From the NCBI RefSeq assembly GCF_006345805.1, contig NC_042997.1, positions 68,634,001-68,698,000 on the forward strand: a stretch of 64,000 nucleotides of DNA, written 5' to 3'. The translations under genes and the position numbers were made by a program. This DNA is from Octopus sinensis (lineage: Eukaryota). The stretch's first letter is position 1. Each line of letters starts with the position of its first letter. Shown here piece by piece: positions 55,775 through 64,000 of the stretch. The notes under the pieces were generated by a model. It was not told the DNA's origin and searched no databases. It saw only the letters and a list, made by a program, of their open reading frames with translations.

Positions 55775-56971
55775 GTAAGGTTTTTAAAATGTGAATGGGT
55801 ATATTACTCTATACTAGAATGCTTGTGCATCCGTAAGAAAATAAACATAGACTGTGCATCAACGTAGGTATTGTAAATGTCTTTATTTTTATTTTATACT
55901 TTATTTGTATGCCTTTATATATATAATTTATCTATATTCATACAAACTATCTGTATACTTTTTAGTGAACATTTTTTGTTATCTTTCGAATTCATATTCT
56001 TTTGAGTGTTCGAATATGTATCTGAGAAAAAAGAAAACAAAACCCGATTCAATGATTAAAATGTCCGTATTCGTATTCTTAAGGAGTAAAATGCAATGTA
56101 CCCCATTGTATAGAAACAAACAAATATTATTTCAATTAATATTAGTAGTTAAATCCATGAATATAAAAGTAATTCTTATTATTTAAATGTGTAAACAACT
56201 TTAGAAAAGTTTTGATCAACCACTCTGAAGTATATGTGCATGCCAAACTTGCCGAATTATCTCTAAATAAAGAGATAATTGAGTAACGCAAAAGCGATGT
56301 TGATTTATGTTATTCAATACAGCTTTTATAAATGCAAGAAAAAATTAGGTCATGTGTGTATATGTCTGGTTGAGGCTGATGCGTTATTTATGAGAGATGC
56401 TAAGACCAAGCATATATATTTCAAATCCAGTATTACTACTTGAAAATGAACTACTCTTCGATGCATATCAGTGATTTGAAATCATATAAAAAATTTGATA
56501 TTTAACTACAACATTTCAAAAATTAAAGGGGTACCGTAAATGTATAATAGAAAAGCAATTAATTTGCATTTAAGCAATTACAAAATTAAAGTAGCCTACA
56601 TAACCCATTAGGAACATGGATTAAAAGCAAAATAATGTTTGATAAAAAAACAGTGTGTTTGAATATAAAAGTCACGAAAGAGAATTGAGAAAGACAACAT
56701 AAACAAGTACAATCCCATTACTTATTTTAAGTATTAAATTAACAGAATATTGATAAGAAAAATATTAAACGAATGCTACCAATACATTTCACGATTACAT
56801 TCAACGGATATTTTTCAAACAATGCTATCTAAAATGTATTGACAGCAGTATTTAAAATAGGAGTTCAATACTATATTTGCAGTTTATTGCCAAGTTTAAC
56901 ACAATTCGATGAATTAAGTTATATATTTTTGCTCAACGATAATAAATACTAAATTCCACACATTTACAAGA

Positions 56972-57102
56972 CAAGTAGTTGATAAGTAGTTTCTTCAAGT
57001 AGTTTTTGATAAGTACTTTCTTCATGCCATACCAACTATCATGCCATACCATGCTATATCAAGTAGGTCTGATAAGTAGCTTCTTCATGCCATACCAACT
57101 TT
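56972..57102. repeat. Short imperfect tandem triplication
   Basis: Three copies of 'caagtag(..)tgataagta.(t/c)ttcttca', with 'tgccatacca' repeated three times. Confidence 0.75.
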
Positions 57103-57404
57103 TGACATTTCCGATTATAACAGAATTTTAAAAAAGAAAAACAAATAAATACTGTAAATAATAGTGTCAACATTAGATAGATTCCGTAAATTGGTTTAAA
57201 CACACCAGAGATGCGAAACCAGACAAATGCAACAAACGTTTACAAGTCTAATTTAATATATACCGATAGGTGAAAATTCAGGCTAACTTTGTACGCACAC
57301 GTACAGACGCACACAAATACACACGCACCAGTACACGTAAATATAACGTGAGTATGTGTGTATGTGTGCATATATCTATGCTTAGATGCATATATATATA
57401 AATA

Positions 57405-57457
<53 letters not shown>

Positions 57458-57478
57458 ATTATATATATATATAATATA

Positions 57479-57510
<32 letters not shown>

Positions 57511-57870
57511 CGTATATATGTATGATATATATATATGTTATATTGTTACACACACACACACACACATATATATATATTGTAATAATATATATGTATAAGT
57601 ATGAATATATAATCATGTCATTAAAACGTTCGTTTCCGAACTATAACGTCGAATGCTCAGTCATATCGTTTGGATTCTTGTAGAATTAATAGTTATCGCC
57701 ATACTAATATGGCAGTCTAAATATAAGACTAAAGCTGTCGCTGAGTAGCTCCAAGAGGCCACCGCCTCAGATAGCTATATGACACACGAACCTGCGTCCA
57801 TTACAACCTTCGAACATGGGAGGTCAGCCGCTTCACCTTGCTAGTCATGTATATATGTATATATATATAC

Positions 57871-57927
<57 letters not shown>

Positions 57928-58395
57928 TATATATAATTATATAATTTAAGAATAGGATAAAATCTTTGTAAGAATTATAAAGTAGTTAGCGTAAAACCTC
58001 ATAAGAGAGAAACAAACATGAAATGTCTCTCTTAAATATATTTATTTATATTATATATATATATATACATACACACTCACACACACATACACACCTACAC
58101 GAAAGAAGTATGTATGTCAATATGTACATCAATATTTATTTGTACTTTCCAATTTACTCCTTTAAGTATATAGTTGCTTTATATATGAGCAGAAATAAAG
58201 TAAAGAAACTAAAATGAATATAAAAGTAAAAATAGAATAAATGGATAGTAAATAAAGAAGAAATAAAACAAAATAAAATACAATAGTACATACGAAAGTT
58301 AAATAAAGTGGAATAAATCCATGTTATGCGTGTATACTTGTGTGCTTATATATACATGCGTCTAGATGTACATATATACATATATTCATGCATGC

Positions 58396-58429
<34 letters not shown>

Positions 58430-58569
58430 ATATATATATATATTATTATGGCTGCCCAGTTATCGAGTATGGCCATTACACGAAGCTTAACTGTTACTAC
58501 TGTGCTGTGATCGAATGTGACTTTTTAGCCCAGCCAAAATCTACAATCTCTTGTACAGATTGGCAACTA

Positions 58570-59165
58570 AAACCTTACCGGTAATAGCCGGCTGTAGTTG
58601 TAACTGGGCTTCATGTATCTTGCATGTCGTTTATGTCCTCCTGCTGAATTACAGTCACTTCCGCATGCCCGACAGATATGATTAGTATGGTGTGTAACAG
58701 CGAAGCTCTTCGTGACATCCCTCCTTACTTTCTCATGTGCATCTCGAGATTTCTCACAAGTGACTGTCCCCTCGTGCACAATCCTTCTCCACCTGCTACG
58801 ATCAATAGCTATGCTTTCCCATGTGTTAGGAGAGACGCAAGCATCTCTTAAAGAAGCCTTAAGCAAGTCCTTATACCTCTTTTTTGGTTTATGTGGAGGT
58901 CGTTCTCCTTTAGATAACTATCCATAAAAGAGTTGTTTTGGGATCCTTGAATCCTTCATCCTGACAAGATGACCACTCCATCTGAGCCTTTGCTTTAACA
59001 CAAGAGCGTCTATACTTTCAAACCGAGAGCCTTCCAATATTTCAAGATCACAGATGCGGTCCTTCCACTTAATGCCACAGATCCGTCTGAGACACATCTG
59101 ATGGAAACTTTCCAGATGTTTAAGGTGGTATCGATATGTAACCCACGTTTCGCAGACATAGAGGA
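58570..59165 (-). mobile_element. RTE-clade LINE 3' fragment
   Basis: 'LYVCETWVTYRYHLKHLESFHQMCLRRICGIKWKDRI..LRWSGHLVRMKDSRIPKQLFYG*L..KKRYKDLLK..WESIAIDRSRWR..CRACGSDCNSAGGHKRH'. Confidence 0.92.
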
Positions 59166-59242
59166 TATATATAAACATATATATATATTATATATTATTA
59201 TATATAATATATATATATGTATACATGCATATACATATATAT

Positions 59243-59284
<42 letters not shown>

Positions 59285-60087
59285 AATATACGTACACACA
59301 TACATAAGTGCAAGTTCATCCTCATGCATAAAAATATTCACATATATACTTATATAAGGTTATCTAAAGAAATATATGATAACAAATATTGCTTCAAAAT
59401 GACCCCAAGGAAAGATGATGATATAACAAATCTCGCATATTATCATCGCACACAAAACCACAACTCTTGTCCCTAAACTCTTAAAACTTATGGTGCATTC
59501 CCTGTAGTGAAACTAAAGAAGTCAGTACATTTATTCAGCTGCAGTTAATCACATCTTTCTCAATAACACTAGTATCAAATTATAAACTATAACATACACA
59601 TTTTTGTAATCTAAGAACAGTTTGCGATTGATCTACACGGAAGTATATTTAGACAATATGAGTAGAAATATTACATTATGAGTATAGTATTTTTGCACGT
59701 CTGTATACCTGACGTGTTTTGGAATGTGAAGCTGTAGGTGGCCAAACATCGATTATAACTACATAGATGTTAGAATACCATTACACATAGCCTTACATAT
59801 AATATCGAAGTCATATTAACATTTAAGCATAAATCAACTGAATGTGCATTTGTTATTAATAGAGTACGAAATATCTTTGTCTTGATGCATTGTATTCTCA
59901 GCAAGGCATATCTAATAATTGCAACTCTGGGCAAATATTTTATTGTGGAGCAACTGCATTTACAATCAGATAAAGGCTCAGACATGCATATAAATACACA
60001 TTCGGGCATACAAACCCATATGAATATAAAAACACATTTATATGCATAAATGTATATATATATATATATATATATATGCGCGCACAC

Positions 60088-61230
60088 ACATATATATATA
60101 GGCTGACCAAAATTCTCATGGAATGTGACCAAATGAAATATATTTTTCAACGTAGTCCCCCTCCGGTCCACACACTTCTTTCATCGGTGTTGCAGTGCTT
60201 GATGAAGAAGCTTTCATTCTGTTGGTTATGTCGTCATCAGCACTGCGATATTGTTTTCAGCCAATTTGTTTTTAATGCTGGGATCAGATGATAGACAAAT
60301 GGGACCAACTCAGGAGAATATGGAAGCTGATCAACTAGTTCAACACCACAGTTACGCATACCAGCCATTCAAACCAAGGACTTGTGTGCTAAAGCATTGT
60401 CCTGATGAATCAAACCTCTTTCGTCAGTTTTTCTGGGCGTTTGGTCTTGATAGCCTTCCATAACTACCTGAGCAAGCTAGCATAATAATTGATGGGCTAG
60501 CTCCTTTGAAGAGAGTCAGTAAAAGCAATGCCTTTTGCATTCCAGAAAACTGAGGCTGTCACTTACCCTAAATATGAAATGACCTAGGCCCTCTTTGGAG
60601 TATGTGAGGAGGGGTGATTCTACTGCATGGGTTATCTCGGCTCTGACTGAAAGTCAGGAAGCCAACACTCATCCTGGGTTTGAAAACGTGCAAACATAGC
60701 AGATGAATCTGCGTCAAACAATGTAAGATTTTCCCGTTGTGTGATCAGCCTGGTGCGCTATTGATCAGGTGTCCGAAGACATGGCACTCACGCAGCACAA
60801 ACCTTTGTCATGTCATGTTCATTGACCAGAATATTCTCAATTGTCTTACGAGTCTAAAAACATAACTTGTTTGATCTATCGTCCATCCCCTGTCATCCAT
60901 CAGCATGTAATGAACACGGTCAATGTTCTCCTTCGGTGGTGGCAGCAGCAGGATGTCCAGACGTTGGATCATGTTCAAGACTCTCCCTTCCCCTCCTAAA
61001 TTCATCTGCCCAGTTTTGCACTGCTGATTAAGCTGGTGCGTCGTCTCTTAGTGTAGAAACCGAGTCAGAATGAATGTCGATGGGGCTAAAGCTTTTTTCT
61101 GCAGATAATAGGTAACATCACAAGACCACCTTTTGCCGATTTTCAAGTGAAGTCGCTACTAGTTATGCTTGAAGATTTTACAGCTGTAGTATTACTCCTT
61201 CATATTCGGCTTATGAACTTTTCTGTCTCC
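60088..61230 (-). mobile_element. Heavily decayed mariner transposon
   Basis: Reverse-strand pieces 'VQNWADEFRRGRESLEHDPTSGHPAAATTEENIDRVHYMLMDD' (mariner HTH-linker region) and a C-terminal '..GDYVEK'-like end near 60150; TIRs not resolved. Confidence 0.75.
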
Positions 61231-62619
61231 ATATGGATAATAATTTGACGCAACAAGGAAAGACGCATGTATGTGCACATCCGTACTTACATAAACACAC
61301 ATACATATATCTATACACACGTACGTACAGGCATATATACAAGAAGGAGGTGCTTTGTCTATGTAAAATCCGCCTAACGATGGATATACTACAAAATGGA
61401 CAGTTACTCTCGAATTTCATATGGACCAAAAAACAAGAACATCAACCGGATAGTGATCATAAAATCCTCATTTTCATAAACTTAATCTTCAGTTGCATCT
61501 TGTATATTCTTGTTATGGAAAAAAGAGGATGCATGTTCACGTATGGATTGCCTTATAAATTATATCTTGTAGAACGCCTGTTTTGTAGATCTTGTCAATC
61601 TTTTTCATATGTCATTGTCATTTTGTTTGCAAAATTGTTTCGTTGTGCGCGGTTATGCTTTCTTTTGTTTACGCATTTATATATATATATATATATATAT
61701 AATATTATATATATATATATATATATGCATATGCTATGTTTACTGTGTTGATTACTGTTATATAGAAATAAATATGGGCGTGCTTCTGAGTGTACACGTA
61801 TATGTATGTATGTAAGTATATATGTATGTATGTGGGCATGTGTGTATAGTCTTTTGTGTATTTATATGTGGAAGTGAGCACTTTTAAATATTTGTGCATG
61901 CTATGCTGATATCTCATTCTTATATGACACAATAAACGACTGCTTTTGGGGCAATGAAAGCCAAACAAATATATTTAGCATTGTTGCTAATAATAATGAG
62001 AAATATAACTGGAAATATTTTGTTAGTTTTCAACATTTACGTCAAATAAAAAAAAATCTTAAATGTAGATAGACGTCGAACTGTTGTATATACCACTTTC
62101 CTTAGCACTAAAATTCTATCACTAACGCTGGAAGTGTCCCTGGACTCTAAGGTATAAACGCCATACATACGAATAAAGAAAATTATATCCGTCTACAACT
62201 TCCATATGTTGACAACAGTTTCAAGAAGAATCCTCTACATACCCGCATATATATGTATAGGAAACTTCAGAGTTAAAGCATTGGCGTAACTATACTCTTC
62301 TGGCGATCTGATGACCTAGTCTTCTTTATCTTTATGATTTGTGATCATAAAACTATATTGCATTAAGCATATATTTCATAATGGTGCAGATATTTAAACA
62401 TAATTCATTATACTCTGAAATTATTATTCCATGCTGAAGGTCTTGAAAGGGCCGTAATCCTAACAATGACAAGTGGTTATATATATGTGCGTTTGCGTGT
62501 GCGTGTGTGTGTATGTGTGTGCGTGTGTATGTGTGTGTGTGTCTGTGTGTATGTGTGCGTAAATGTGTGTGTATATATGGATGCGTTTACATGCGCACAC
62601 ACTCATACACACATGCATA

Positions 62620-63135
<516 letters not shown>

Positions 63136-63428
63136 GTATGTATGTATATTTGTATATATGTATGTATATGTGCGCGTGTATGTGTGTGTGTGTCTCTGTG
63201 CGTTCATTATTTTTTAGTTCCTTATTATCCTTGAATGCTAAATAATCAGGTGATGTTGATTGTAATGGTGTATATCGTGCTGATGTTTGTAATATTTAAA
63301 GGCATGTTTCTCTCTCTTATTACATTTGTTACTTATTTACCGTTTAAAGCTTGAAGTATATGAAATAAGAACTTGTCTACAATGCATTTCACTGTAATTC
63401 ACTTTTGTATGAATTCTTTTCCTTACAG

Positions 63429-63434
63429 CTGAAG
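63429..63434 (+). CDS. Candidate 6-nt symmetric (phase 1-1) microexon CTGAAG of the 55702 gene
   Basis: ttcttttccttacag|CTGAAG|gtaagt: strong acceptor and AAG|GTAAGT consensus donor. Joined to the signal exon it gives ..GAQ-A-E-, creating an A-X-A signal-peptidase site. Confidence 0.55.
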
Positions 63435-64000
63435 GTAAGTAATCTATTATTGTTCTTTGAATATCGTTAAATCTATGCTTGTTTTATGCAATGTTCATGT
63501 GGAATATTTTGTAATTTTATTTTCAGTTACATATATAGTAGCGATTAATATCACATATTTCTGTTGGGATTTTAGTATCGTTTATCAAAGTAAAGCATAT
63601 CTGTCCAGGCGATACAGAAATATCGGTATTTCGTTCATTAAACCTTGATTTCTTGTTCTTGAATCAGCGTAATCAATCCTTTTTTGAAAAGCTAAATATT
63701 TTCCAGTGAAATTGTCTTAAATTCTTTTACAGAAATATTCGAAAGTTATACAGAATACATTTTTCAGAATTTCTATTTTATAGAAATACAGTACAAAATC
63801 ACTCCATTTTATTACGGACATAAATTGAAGATTAGGCAGGAAAATAGGCGTTCGGCCAACATTTCTATAACAAATTGAAGATTCATATGATTATAGAGAA
63901 AGTATAGTTAATGGATTTAAGAAACTAATTCATGTATTAAGATATTATACCAACTTATTATTTTACCCACCGTAGTATAGTAAATCAGCCTTGGAAACTA

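Noticed and set aside
55818-55832. tag|AATGCTTGTGCATCC|gtaaga 15-nt exon just after the signal exon
   Set aside because: It would need a 43-nt intron with a poor acceptor; likely chance.
60210-60241. CTGATGA...GAAA on the - strand within the decayed mariner
   Set aside because: No stem II pairing; chance match, not a hammerhead.

Overview
AT-rich, microsatellite-saturated eukaryotic DNA, not prokaryotic: no operons, rRNA, true tRNA genes or CRISPR arrays. The SINE families and (TA)n/(CA)n/(TATG)n/(TAA)n load resemble octopus (coleoid cephalopod) repeats; that organism call is pattern recognition, not a search result. Most of the window is intronic or intergenic and filled with decayed mobile elements: RTE-clade LINE fragments, R4/Dong-like RLE-endonuclease LINEs, three Tc1/mariner elements, tRNA-derived SINEs, an ORF1-only L1/Tx1-like element, Penelope-like LTR remnants and a TIR element carrying TTAGGG repeats. 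The best host-gene signal is a signal-peptide exon at 55702-55774 (+) and a frame-compatible 6-nt microexon candidate at 63429-63434. Most ORF-track entries are microsatellite read-throughs. Highlights: (1) a well-formed type I hammerhead ribozyme present twice in a perfect 95-bp inverted repeat, plus three degenerate hammerhead-like cores; (2) two R4-like LINE groups that sit in different microsatellites, (CATA)n versus (TAA)n; (3) a Merlin-like MITE carrying telomeric repeats; (4) a possible microexon-containing secreted-protein gene; (5) fold-back palindromes centred on (TA)n.
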